Below the pieces are notes generated by a model. That model was given only the letters and a program-made list of their open reading frames with translations. It did no database searches and had not been told where the DNA came from. Positions 1-9,885 of a stretch of DNA of 64,000 nt are shown here, piece by piece (the stretch's first letter is position 1; each line of letters starts with the position of its first letter). Source of the stretch: a virus; IMG/VR virus record IMGVR_UViG_3300011815_000021, positions 4,828-68,827 of that record; one strand, written 5' to 3'. Position numbers and translations under genes: made by a program.

Positions 1-706
1 AATGTGGATACTACCTATTGAAGATTTATTCATGGTAGGTAGGAAAACTAAACAAAAGTTAAATAAAATAGGAATACACACTATAGGTGAACTTGCAAAC
101 TTTGATTATAACACAATAATAAAATTACTTAAATCACATGGACAATTAATCTATAATTACTCATGGGGCAGAGATAACTCTACATTTAAGCAAATTGAGC
201 ATGTTAAAAGTGTTGGGAATAGTAGCACTCTCAAATTTGATGTTACAGACACGGAAACTGCTCACGCAATAATTCTTAGCTTAGTTGAAATGACTGCTTG
301 GAGATTAAGAGAAATCGGAGCATTTTGTAAAGTCGTGAGCATTGGTATAAAATATAATGATTTTTTCTATATATCAAGACAAAAGAAACTTTCGTTTTTT
401 ACTGATTGCACAAATGATATACATGAAAATATATGTAGACTATTTGATGCAACTTGGGATAAAAAACCTATAAGACAACTAGGCGTATCTGTGACTGACC
501 TAGAATTTAGGGCTGTTAAACAAATTAGCATGTTTCAATCCAATCTAAGTAAAAAGAGTGAAACTTTAGATAAAACAATTGATAATATTAGATTTAAATA
601 TGGTGATACTGCTATAATTAGAGGTGTATTTGTAAACAGTAATCTACAGCCACTTCTTGGAGGCTATCCATCGGATGAATATATTGGTATGAGTAGTATT
701 TTGTAA
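1..706 (+). CDS. dinB: Y-family DNA polymerase (DinB/UmuC/UvrX-like), 5'-truncated by window edge
   Basis: HhH motif (MVGRKTKQKLNKIGIHTIGEL), little-finger region KSVGNSSTL...PIRQLGVSV, clamp-binding QISMF, LDKTIDNIRFKYG tail. Confidence 0.9.
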   Translation, partial: MWILPIEDLFMVGRKTKQKLNKIGIHTIGELANFDYNTIIKLLKSHGQLIYNYSWGRDNSTFKQIEHVKSVGNSSTLKFDVTDTETAHAIILSLVEMTAWRLREIGAFCKVVSIGIKYNDFFYISRQKKLSFFTDCTNDIHENICRLFDATWDKKPIRQLGVSVTDLEFRAVKQISMFQSNLSKKSETLDKTIDNIRFKYGDTAIIRGVFVNSNLQPLLGGYPSDEYIGMSSIL

Positions 707-718
707 GGAGTTAACCAT

Positions 719-961
719 ATGAAAATTGTAAATGAAAACATAAAAGTATTAGCTTCCTTTAAAACCGATGGAACAATAATTCCATTGAGATTTAAAAGAG
801 AAGATGATAGAACCATTCAAATTGATAAAATAGTAAAAACCCATGATGAAATGTTGGCAGGAAATCACAGAGTAGTTTTTACATGTATGCAAAATGAAAG
901 AGATTTATACGAGATAAAATATGAAATTGACACACAGAAATGGTATCTATTTAAAGTTTAG
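719..961 (+). CDS. small beta-rich protein co-transcribed with DinB (putative accessory factor)
   Basis: RBS AAGGAG; 12 nt downstream of the polymerase; G..P.RF and YE....KW.L pattern recalled from clostridial dinB partners. Confidence 0.65.
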   Translation: MKIVNENIKVLASFKTDGTIIPLRFKREDDRTIQIDKIVKTHDEMLAGNHRVVFTCMQNERDLYEIKYEIDTQKWYLFKV

Positions 962-1623
962 ATACCATTTAAACTATTTAATAATTTAATCATGTAATTC
1001 TTAATCTCTTGTGTTGGTGCATTTTCTAAATCTTTACCATACATTTTAACGAAATCAGAATCTTTATCATAAGGGTCAATCAACATGTAATCAGCACCAA
1101 ATAAGTATCTAAAATCTTCTGCAAATATTTCAGCAGGGCGAGTATACCAGTTTGGATTTTTAACATTCTTCCACTTATCAGGTATACCTCTTATTTTCTT
1201 ATATTCTCTTAATACTTTATCGCTAGTGTCCCATGTACAATTTAATGCTTTATACATCAACACATGACCAATCTCATGGATTACTAGACATCCTATGTTT
1301 TCTTTAGTGGGTTTAATTTTTCTACTACCTAAAATAATATGAGAATTGTAAGCACGCCCTTGGTAATCTTCACCTATATAATTATTATGCTTAATATCGA
1401 ATCCCATAAGTTGGTCTGGAATTAAAAATATTGGTACATCTAATTTTGATAAATCTATAATTATATCTTTTAATACTTGTTCAACCAATTCTTTATTTAT
1501 AGGGAACATATTATCATTTTTATAAGAATAAGCTGTTTCACCTGAATAAGTAAATTTCTTCCCATAATCATTGTAAGAAAAAGTGTTTGTGTAATTTTCT
1601 TTATTTACATTTTCTATACGCAT
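958..1623 (-). CDS. zincin-like metallopeptidase
   Basis: HEIGH (HExxH) plus downstream EIFAEDF third-ligand motif; RBS AAAGGA. Confidence 0.75.
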   Translation of the reverse strand: MRIENVNKENYTNTFSYNDYGKKFTYSGETAYSYKNDNMFPINKELVEQVLKDIIIDLSKLDVPIFLIPDQLMGFDIKHNNYIGEDYQGRAYNSHIILGSRKIKPTKENIGCLVIHEIGHVLMYKALNCTWDTSDKVLREYKKIRGIPDKWKNVKNPNWYTRPAEIFAEDFRYLFGADYMLIDPYDKDSDFVKMYGKDLENAPTQEIKNYMIKLLNSLNGI

Positions 1624-1752
1624 TTTATTATTCCTTTCTTATTGAAATTTCAACATTAAAAATAGACAAAATAAAAGATACTTTTTAACGTATCTTAAAT
1701 CTTGTCTATCTAAATTTTTATCCTCATTTTATCTGAACTTTTATTATACTGA

Positions 1753-2684
1753 CTATATAAAATAAATTTCTTTATACTTCTTAAAATATTTGTCTAGTTT
1801 TTCTTCTGTTGAAACAATAATATCTTGTCCTAAATTATTAATATCAAAACATTCTATCTCTCCAAAACGAGCCTTATAAAATGCAACTTTTTCTATTTGC
1901 ATTTTATTCAAATTATCATCATCACAATTCCAACGGATTTGAAGCCGATTTAAGAAAAAGTATCCAATAATTTGAGCAACCTCTTTCCAATTATATCCGT
2001 TTTTCTTAGTAGTCTTAAAATCATATAATGTGCCATCTATGAATATATCTGCATCTGCACCATTACAACATAATGATGCCTTACCAAATGTAGGGTTAAA
2101 GATAACATTACTTTTTTCAGATATAACAGATAGAAAACTTTTTTCAAATACTTCAGATATATTTTTTAAATCATTAACAATTTTGCTATCTGTTTTATCA
2201 AAAAATTTTTCTATATTTGTCGGTGGCATACCACTTCTGAATACATGTTCAAGGTGTGCTAAATAACACGCTTCAGTAATAATAAATGATATTTTATGAT
2301 TCTTTTTAATGTATTGTTCAAATGCGAATACTGCATCTTCATATCTATTCTGTAATTTACGGAAAGTTTTTTTATCTACCATTAAATTAAGCCAAGACAA
2401 TCCTTTTTTGGCATTAAGACCTATAGTATCTAATTTAGAAATTCTTATTTTTTTGCAATAATAATCCGCGCTAAGTAATCAAATGCTGTTCCAACAACAC
2501 TATAATCATAATTATTTGATAATTCAATTGATAATGCCTCTTGATACTCATTTGAAAAAGCAAAATTTCCAGAAACGGTATAAAATTGCTTTTTACTTGG
2601 AATTATTTCTCTTAAGATATTTTGAAATTCTAAACACTCAGGAGTATTTTTACTCAATAGAGATGTTAATGACATAATTCTCAT
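1753..2684 (-). pseudogene. PD-(D/E)XK-like nuclease split by a 1-nt frameshift at an A7 run (2448-2454)
   Basis: ORFs 2445-2684 and 1753-2400 join if A7 becomes A8 (...IIAKK-IRISKLDTIGLNAKKGLSW...); ADADIFIDGTLYDFKTTK motif; upstream extended -10 TGGTATAAT. Confidence 0.7.
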
Positions 2685-2762
2685 CCTTACTTATAATAAT
2701 TTACATTTATTATATATTATACCATCTCATCTATATTGTCAAAATCTTTATGATGCGGACAT

Positions 2763-2921
2763 TTATTCTATAGGATATTTTGTATCTATTAACATAGTTA
2801 ATTCTGTATATTCCTCTGTTTTTATAGTATCCATACCAAAACATACATTAACTTTATTTACTGCTATATCTTTAGTTTTATAAAATTTAACATTAATTAG
2901 ATTTTTTAGTATATTATGCAC
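2763..2921 (-). CDS. small XkdX-like tail-end protein
   Basis: GGAGG then GTG start; I..EEY.EL motif; last gene of the tail block. Confidence 0.6.
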   Translation of the reverse strand: MHNILKNLINVKFYKTKDIAVNKVNVCFGMDTIKTEEYTELTMLIDTKYPIE

Positions 2922-3201
2922 TTGTAACCTCCATATATTTTTTCTCAACTTTTTCTACTTCGTATGCTTGTAAATTTATAACTTGTTCTTTTAATAAGTC
3001 TAATTCTGTAGGTTGTGGAGTAGTGTTTTGTTGCACTTGCCATTTCTCATAAACTTCTTGTGCTGTAGCAGTTATAATAAAGTCATCAACAAATATTATT
3101 TCACCATCTTGAATTACTTCTATCTTTTTTAAATCATATCTAGGAGAATGCTTTTTACCATCTACAATTAAATAATTATTTTCTAATTCTTGTCTTGTCA
3201 T
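2914..3201 (-). CDS. tail-fibre-associated small protein (XkdW-like)
   Basis: PQPTELDLLKEQV pattern; directly after the fibre gene. Confidence 0.55.
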   Translation of the reverse strand: MTRQELENNYLIVDGKKHSPRYDLKKIEVIQDGEIIFVDDFIITATAQEVYEKWQVQQNTTPQPTELDLLKEQVINLQAYEVEKVEKKYMEVTSA

Positions 3202-3211
3202 ATCAACCCTC

Positions 3212-4084
3212 CTATATAATAAAACTGCTATTTAATAAAATATGCAGCCCAGTTGTCCATGGAATAAAAGTTCCGTCAACTGCAACGTCACCAGCAGTAT
3301 TAATATTAAGTTGTCTTACCTTACCATCACTACAAGCAACGAAAACAACTCTAAACTCGCTAGGGTGATAAGGTATATTAAAAACAACTGTATTTGTTGC
3401 AATATTTCCAACTGTCAACCATCCATTTAAATTAACAATGTTACCGCTAATACCTATAGTAGTAGAAATATGAGGGAATGTTTGTGTCCAGCCATTTAAC
3501 AAATCAGTGCTTAAAATATCAATTTTATCTGTTGTGGCTATTGATTTCCAAGGTTGCCAAGTACCCCATCCGTTTCTACTTAGTCTATACATCAAAGGGT
3601 TTCCATCATAACTAGACACCTCTTGTCTTATTATGTTTAAATTATAAGCAGTTGTTTCAACTATACAACCACCTGTTAAACCATTCCATGTCTCACTGCT
3701 ACAAAAAATAGTTTTGGTTTTTGATGGATATGAAGATGGCGAGTCACTTTCTGTTTTCCAATTATCTGCCATCCATATTTTATCTGCCTTTTCGCTTAAA
3801 GTAGTCCAAATATCTGTAAACCATTTTTTTATCTTACCCATTAAAACCGATGATTTATCACCCGATACCAAGTTTTCTCTTATTGTAGATTCGGTAAATG
3901 TAACAGTTGTATCTTTTACATCTCCTGTTTTTGTTAGTTTACTTGATTCTAAACTTTGTAATGCTGTATCTATTAAGACATTGTTAGCATTAGTAACATC
4001 TATTATTTCACTGTCTTGTTGATATCTTGTTGCATTGTCAGGTAAACGTGTGATATCGGCAAGATTATAATTTGTTGTTGCCAT
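3212..4084 (-). CDS. tail fibre / receptor-binding protein
   Basis: RENLVSGDK...GKIKKWF, knob-like YRLSRNGWGTWQPW, C-terminal LLNGW...VVFNIP..P beta domain. Confidence 0.75.
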   Translation of the reverse strand: MATTNYNLADITRLPDNATRYQQDSEIIDVTNANNVLIDTALQSLESSKLTKTGDVKDTTVTFTESTIRENLVSGDKSSVLMGKIKKWFTDIWTTLSEKADKIWMADNWKTESDSPSSYPSKTKTIFCSSETWNGLTGGCIVETTAYNLNIIRQEVSSYDGNPLMYRLSRNGWGTWQPWKSIATTDKIDILSTDLLNGWTQTFPHISTTIGISGNIVNLNGWLTVGNIATNTVVFNIPYHPSEFRVVFVACSDGKVRQLNINTAGDVAVDGTFIPWTTGLHILLNSSFII

Positions 4085-4096
4085 ATTCACTCCTTT

Positions 4097-4648
4097 CTAA
4101 AATGACGTGTTATTGTAGTATTCAAATAAAGTATTGTCTTTAACCTGACCTATTGTTATTGCTTTTGTAGTAGAAATTTTAGAATCCAAAGTGTCGCTAT
4201 AGTATTGAAATAAGGTTAAATTTTTACAATATCCAACAGTTACAGATTTTGTGCTTCCAACTGATAATGAGATTATTAGTTGACCATAACAATTCATATT
4301 TGAATTACTTGTAAAACTTATATTTTCGTATTGCTTAGTAGAAAAGTTAATATCAAAACTACTATTACATATAAAATTTATATTTTGCTTTAATATCAAA
4401 GTTTCTATTATATTCATATTAAAATTTGCTGTTATATGATTTAAGTTAGAGAGTTTCAATGTTTCTTTTATTTCCATTTTAGCTTCAGCATCAAAATTAA
4501 TTAGACCGTTTATTAACAGCTTTAAATTTTCAACACAACATTCAATATTATATTTTTCAAATATATTATCTATGTAAGCAGATGTTTCTCTACTTATATT
4601 TACATCAACTTCATACGGTTTGAATAAATCACATTTTATTTCATTCAT
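4097..4648 (-). CDS. tail-associated hypothetical protein
   Basis: Within tail operon; short C-terminal duplication (VTVGYCKNLTLFQYY / ITIGQVKDNTLFEYY). Confidence 0.5.
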   Translation of the reverse strand: MNEIKCDLFKPYEVDVNISRETSAYIDNIFEKYNIECCVENLKLLINGLINFDAEAKMEIKETLKLSNLNHITANFNMNIIETLILKQNINFICNSSFDINFSTKQYENISFTSNSNMNCYGQLIISLSVGSTKSVTVGYCKNLTLFQYYSDTLDSKISTTKAITIGQVKDNTLFEYYNNTSF

Positions 4649-4651
4649 AAT

Positions 4652-5080
4652 TTAAACTATACTAAAATCTAAACTACCAACTGCTATGTAATATTCAGTG
4701 CCAGCTTGTATCCATTTATATGGTACTTGCTGATACCACAGCATTATTCCACCTGTTGAAGCAGTTGAGATAAATGCATATAAAACATCCGCAGCAGTAT
4801 TTGTATGTGTATTCCAATTTCCACCCGTAACTTTTGGGAAGATGATACCATTTTTGTTTGATAATTCTTTAACCGTAGAAGTTGTAAACATAGTAGTGTT
4901 TGCATTTAATTCCATTCTTACATAGCCATTTCCAACTGGTTCTGTAATTCCAGTACCGTCAGCATTAATTATTGTTGTGCTTAATCCTAAATATACCTTT
5001 GTTGGAGCAGTCATTATAGGAGTACCTACATTGTAAAAGTAATTCAATATAGAATTACCTAGAGCGTTTGACATTGGCAT
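4652..5080 (-). CDS. minor tail protein
   Basis: YLGLSTT...GTGITEPVGNGYVR...IIFP motif typical of small siphophage tail proteins. Confidence 0.7.
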   Translation of the reverse strand: MPMSNALGNSILNYFYNVGTPIMTAPTKVYLGLSTTIINADGTGITEPVGNGYVRMELNANTTMFTTSTVKELSNKNGIIFPKVTGGNWNTHTNTAADVLYAFISTASTGGIMLWYQQVPYKWIQAGTEYYIAVGSLDFSIV

Positions 5081-5102
5081 TTATTTAATCCTCCTTTGTA
5101 AT

Positions 5103-5423
5103 TTACACTATATCTTTTTCAAAATTTATAACTCCTTTAAATTTATCCGTATTTTGTAGCGCATCGGAAAAGGTAATTATATATTCATATGCACCAGATA
5201 AATTAGCTGTATCGGTAGACAATAATTTAATAGTTGCAGTATTATCAGCTACTGTGAAATCACTTGTTGATTTACTTACTTGGCTAGTTATATCCCCATG
5301 TGTAGCTAATTTAAAATAAATTTCGCAACTAGATAAAGTTATAAAAGGAGTACCGTCTTTTGTAACTATGAATTTCATTTCAACGCTAGAACCAGCTATT
5401 TTAGTGATTTTTACATCTATCAT
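5103..5423 (-). CDS. baseplate upper protein-like (BppU N-domain-like)
   Basis: TIKLLSTDTANLSGAYEY beta-sandwich pattern; tail context. Confidence 0.55.
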   Translation of the reverse strand: MIDVKITKIAGSSVEMKFIVTKDGTPFITLSSCEIYFKLATHGDITSQVSKSTSDFTVADNTATIKLLSTDTANLSGAYEYIITFSDALQNTDKFKGVINFEKDIV

Positions 5424-5437
5424 TTTTCACCCACTTT

Positions 5438-5866
5438 TTAATTTTCGATTTCTTCTTTCTTCGTATCATCATAAAATTCTATAACATTTCTTACGTTCAA
5501 TAAATGTTTAGTTTCAATACCTTCAAAATTAGGATTTTTATTTTTCTCATTCTCTATATATTTCTCTAACTTGCTTAAGCCAACTTTAATTTTGTCAAAT
5601 GTTATATCGATGTCCATGTTATCTAACTCATATAATTCTTTGAAAAATAATTGTCTATTTTCTTCTTTATCTAAAAGAAAATTTAAGCCATCTTCACTTG
5701 TTCCATATTGTGTTAATAGATTATTTTTTGCTTTATTATAAGAATTAAATTTATCCTCAAAAGCAATTAAAGTATTATTTAAATAAAAAGAATCTTTGGC
5801 TGATAATGGTAAGTTAGTCATTATAACCAAAGATTCTAGCATATTTACTATTTGTATTAATCTCAT
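5438..5866 (-). CDS. conserved phage tail-region protein
   Basis: Helical ...NLLTQYG... pattern; follows Tal. Confidence 0.5.
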   Translation of the reverse strand: MRLIQIVNMLESLVIMTNLPLSAKDSFYLNNTLIAFEDKFNSYNKAKNNLLTQYGTSEDGLNFLLDKEENRQLFFKELYELDNMDIDITFDKIKVGLSKLEKYIENEKNKNPNFEGIETKHLLNVRNVIEFYDDTKKEEIEN

Positions 5867-5895
5867 ATTTTATTTTTACCTCTATTTTATTATTT

Positions 5896-8800
5896 TTAAC
5901 TTGCTACCATTACATAATCACTTGATGTTAAAGCTGATCCTTGTTTTACGTTATTAAAAGTTTTTCCTTTAAATATAATTGATTCAGCAAAAGTAACTGT
6001 ATTTTTCATATACGTACTTCCATTGAAATAATGATAGTATCCATTTGTCGAAGTTGAATAAGACATTTGATAATAGCCTGTTGCAGAAGTAGTTGCATTA
6101 TCGCCTATTCTTACATAATCAATGGCTACATTTAGTTTTAGAAAAGTAGTACTAGTAAAACTATTATTATAATAAACTTTTAAACCTGCTGAACATACGC
6201 CATCGTCATCAACCATAAATAACGAATTGGAAGATGTGCCACTACGAAGAACAGTCAAACCTCTACAATATGTTTTTCCGCTATTATCAACTGAAAAAAA
6301 TGTAAAATTATTACTACTGTCAGTAATTTTAAATTTACCATTAAGTATAGTCAAACCTTTATCATCACTTGTAACACCATTACCATAATAATATCCTCTT
6401 GTTACTATGTTGCCACCAGTATCGACATAAAATACCTTATTACTACCATTATATATACTAAATCCAGCATTATATATGCTAAGACCACTTGAATTAAAAA
6501 TTAACTTATTATTATTGACAGCCAAGGCTATCGCATCTGAAGTTTGTCTAATAGTTGTAATACTTTGATTAACTCCATTTATCTGTGTGCTAACAGTTGA
6601 TGTTATTTCATCAGCAGATGTTTTAATAGCTGCATACATGTTAACTGTATTAGTATAATCATTAAATTTGGTGTCGTGTGTTTCCCATGTTATATTACCA
6701 CCTAGAGTTGTATTACCTCTTACAACTAAATTTCCTGTTATAGTACAGTCACCATCAACATTAGAAATTCCCTCATTAACTTTAAATCCTTTACCATTAG
6801 CCATTAATGATTGAAAACTTTTGAGTGTTCCTGTAGCCATTTCCACAGAACCATCAGCATTAACTTTAAATCTATTATTGATATTAATGCTTCCACCAAA
6901 TAAATTCCCATTAAAATAAGCACTACCATCAGTGCCTAAATAAATCATATCAGTAAAAGTTGTATTAACTTTTTTCTGTATTTTAAATCCATTAATAGGA
7001 TCTAAAAGTATCTTATTTAATCCACCGTTGCCGATAATAGAGAAGGTAGCATTAGTTAATGTTGCTCCCGATTCGTCTACAATAAATGAGTTGTTTGCAT
7101 TGTGAATACCTAAATTACTACCGATAATCATATCGCCTAATAATACTTGTGCATTTACTCCATATGCTTTTTGCCCGTTAGGTAAAGATATCAAGCCAAT
7201 TCCCATCTTAGCATGTTTAAAATAGTCATCTGAAAACATTAATATATTATCGTTCCACCATGATTGATAAGGACTATATCCGTTAACACCATTAGTGTCT
7301 AAAGCCCTGCATAAAATTCCAGTGTTATCAATAGTAATAGTTTTATCTGCACCATTGATTAATGCTTGCTTATCAACGTCTAAAGCCTCAGTTCTCATTT
7401 TTTCTAAAGTTTGCTTATCACCACTGTCAACATAAGAATTGTATTTAATATTATTTATAGCAAGATTAGTAGCTACATTAGCTGTTTGTCCTAATAATTG
7501 ATTAATATCAAATTCATTATCTTGATTTCTTAAACTCTCGCTAAATGTAAACTTAACATCGTCTAAGTTATCAAACGAAATTGATATACCAATTAGCAGC
7601 GGATAATAATAATTGTTTCTACTATCATATAACGTTACTTTTGAACCAAATTCTAATTGTTGTTTATATGTAATAAAATTATCTATAAATAATGGACATA
7701 GCATATTAACATCAAAACTATAACGAGGTTTAGATAAAATGTTTAATTCTCTAATCCCTTTATCAAATAACTCTTGAGACATTTCTATTACTTGAACATC
7801 AGTCATGCTATCTGTTATAGCAAAATTCTCATCTGTATAAGATGCTATTTTAATAAATCTATCTAATTCTTTTAATTGATTTATTGTAAAGAAATTTGAA
7901 TGTTTTAAAGTATAGTTAGTATTTGTTTTTTGATTTTCAAGAGTTGTTATTTGGGTTTTAAGAGTAGAGATGTTAGCTTCAATAGTATTAGCTTGTGTAA
8001 CTTTAACGTTATATTCATTTACTAAAGCAGTTTTATCTTCGTTAAATGTTTTAAATATGGCAATTGAATCTTTAAGAGCTTTTATTTCTCCATTTAAGGT
8101 AGTTAATTGTGCCTGATAAGTTAATATTTGTGCTTTTTTATTCTTAATAGATGTATTATTGTTTGCATAGCCAACTTCTAATTCATCATATTTTGCTTTC
8201 CAAGCCTTCCAAGCATTAGATGTTTCTAGTGACATTAGTCTAATCCTATTACTATCTACTACATCAATTACATTATTAAGATTATATAGTGTGTTAGTTC
8301 CAATGGGATTAATCATATTTATACCCATATCATTAGCTCCAGTCACTGTTAAAGCAGTGCATAAACCATCATATATAGGGGTGATATTTATTTCATTAAC
8401 TAAATTATCAAAAGATAGAATTAAATCTGTATCTTTGATAATATTATTTTTAGTATAAGCATTAATAGTTTTATTTAGTCTATCAAATTGAAAAATGCAT
8501 TCGTAGCTTGGCTGTGCTTGCTCAATCATTATATTGTATAAACTTGTATCCACTGATATATCAAATACACGATATAAATTGTATAAGCTTGTATCTATAT
8601 GTCCTATAGTCCAATTTGGGAGATAAGACATTACTATACCCATAAAAGTATTAGGAATATCAACCGGTAAAATATCATAAAATTTATATGCTTGACATTT
8701 CATGTAAGGCACATTTTTACCTGCTATTTCATATTCTATAGATTTACAAGTTACTTGTTTTGTTTTAGATGTACCATTATCATATTCAGGACATTCAATA

Positions 8801-9042
8801 ATAAGAAATTCTCCAATATTTTCAATTTTAATTATTCTATCTTTTATAATTAAATCGTAATAATCATTGTAATCACTACAATCTCTTTTTAAATTATCAA
8901 CCGTAAAAGACAGATTCCATATATCATTTAACCACATATCTAATTTTTCTTCTCTATGGTCAATTATTTTTAATTCGATACCACTAGGGTTACAAACCGT
9001 AAATTGTTTATCTTTTATTGTTTCTAAAAATCTTAAATCCAT
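5896..9042 (-). CDS. tail tip / Tal-like baseplate hub protein
   Basis: ~1050 aa after Dit; WTIGHID, NPIGTNTLY, coiled coil, Gly/Asn-rich beta C-terminus. Confidence 0.85.
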   Translation of the reverse strand: MDLRFLETIKDKQFTVCNPSGIELKIIDHREEKLDMWLNDIWNLSFTVDNLKRDCSDYNDYYDLIIKDRIIKIENIGEFLIIECPEYDNGTSKTKQVTCKSIEYEIAGKNVPYMKCQAYKFYDILPVDIPNTFMGIVMSYLPNWTIGHIDTSLYNLYRVFDISVDTSLYNIMIEQAQPSYECIFQFDRLNKTINAYTKNNIIKDTDLILSFDNLVNEINITPIYDGLCTALTVTGANDMGINMINPIGTNTLYNLNNVIDVVDSNRIRLMSLETSNAWKAWKAKYDELEVGYANNNTSIKNKKAQILTYQAQLTTLNGEIKALKDSIAIFKTFNEDKTALVNEYNVKVTQANTIEANISTLKTQITTLENQKTNTNYTLKHSNFFTINQLKELDRFIKIASYTDENFAITDSMTDVQVIEMSQELFDKGIRELNILSKPRYSFDVNMLCPLFIDNFITYKQQLEFGSKVTLYDSRNNYYYPLLIGISISFDNLDDVKFTFSESLRNQDNEFDINQLLGQTANVATNLAINNIKYNSYVDSGDKQTLEKMRTEALDVDKQALINGADKTITIDNTGILCRALDTNGVNGYSPYQSWWNDNILMFSDDYFKHAKMGIGLISLPNGQKAYGVNAQVLLGDMIIGSNLGIHNANNSFIVDESGATLTNATFSIIGNGGLNKILLDPINGFKIQKKVNTTFTDMIYLGTDGSAYFNGNLFGGSININNRFKVNADGSVEMATGTLKSFQSLMANGKGFKVNEGISNVDGDCTITGNLVVRGNTTLGGNITWETHDTKFNDYTNTVNMYAAIKTSADEITSTVSTQINGVNQSITTIRQTSDAIALAVNNNKLIFNSSGLSIYNAGFSIYNGSNKVFYVDTGGNIVTRGYYYGNGVTSDDKGLTILNGKFKITDSSNNFTFFSVDNSGKTYCRGLTVLRSGTSSNSLFMVDDDGVCSAGLKVYYNNSFTSTTFLKLNVAIDYVRIGDNATTSATGYYQMSYSTSTNGYYHYFNGSTYMKNTVTFAESIIFKGKTFNNVKQGSALTSSDYVMVAS

Positions 9043-9059
9043 TTTCACCACCAATCTTA

Positions 9060-9836
9060 TTAATGTACAAATACTTTAGCGTTTTGAAAACTGTACTCAA
9101 AATTACTTACATTTCCAGATAGAGTTAAGCTATTTACACCTTGTTTAAAAGTTAAAAACTTTTTATTAAATTTATTTAAAACCAGAGCATTGACATCAGA
9201 AGATATTTGACATTCTTTATAATCAATTACAATAGTTTCATTAATATTCATATCTGTTAAAGTCATAATTTCATTTGTTGTATTATTTTTTAAAGATATA
9301 TTTCCATTAGCTAGATTACATTTAAATTTAAAAGTAGGAGTAAGTTTCTTAGAGCTATCATTTACAATAGTAATAGTTAAGGGTAGAGTAGGGGAGACAT
9401 ATGCCTGTTTATTTATATTAGACAAGGCATATTGAGATTGACAAAATACTGTACATTTAATAGCATATGAATAACCATTAATAGGAACATTGACAATTTT
9501 ACTTATTTTACAATTGTAATAATAGCCTTGATAAGTAGGGTCATTAATATATAACTTCCTAAACTTTGTATCTTTGGGCATAAGCCATTTATATATTCTA
9601 TCTATCTCATACAATTCAATAGGTGTTTCTCTAACTAAAGTAATATCAAACTCCCTAGTTCCTTTTTCTTCAACATCTAATATTTTTAAGTCTCCAAATT
9701 TTGATTTATAAGTATTATATTCATGTTCAGCTACTGTATTTTCTTTAGATTCTTCACCGCTGAAACAAGCTATCATTAAATCGTGAGTAGAGGATGAAAT
9801 ATTATCAAAAATAATATCATAAGCATTGGATATCAA
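9060..9836 (-). CDS. distal tail protein (Dit)
   Basis: IIFDNISS, IYKWL, FLTFKQGVNSL; immediately after TMP. Confidence 0.85.
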   Translation of the reverse strand: MISNAYDIIFDNISSSTHDLMIACFSGEESKENTVAEHEYNTYKSKFGDLKILDVEEKGTREFDITLVRETPIELYEIDRIYKWLMPKDTKFRKLYINDPTYQGYYYNCKISKIVNVPINGYSYAIKCTVFCQSQYALSNINKQAYVSPTLPLTITIVNDSSKKLTPTFKFKCNLANGNISLKNNTTNEIMTLTDMNINETIVIDYKECQISSDVNALVLNKFNKKFLTFKQGVNSLTLSGNVSNFEYSFQNAKVFVH

Positions 9837-9865
9837 AATTATAACCTCTTTCTTTTTATTATAAA

Positions 9866-9885
9866 AAGAGAGGGGTTAACCTCTC
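9866..9885 (-). terminator. hairpin + T-run after TMP
   Basis: AGAGAGG-GGTTAA-CCTCTCT followed by TTTT on minus strand. Confidence 0.5.

Noticed and set aside
958..1623. ImmA/IrrE anti-repressor protease
   Set aside because: HExxH is present but there is no adjacent repressor, and the downstream motif is not diagnostic; kept as a generic zincin.
3212..4648. Diversity-generating retroelement or invertible tail-fibre shufflon
   Set aside because: No reverse transcriptase, TR/VR pair or inverted alternative fibre ends found.
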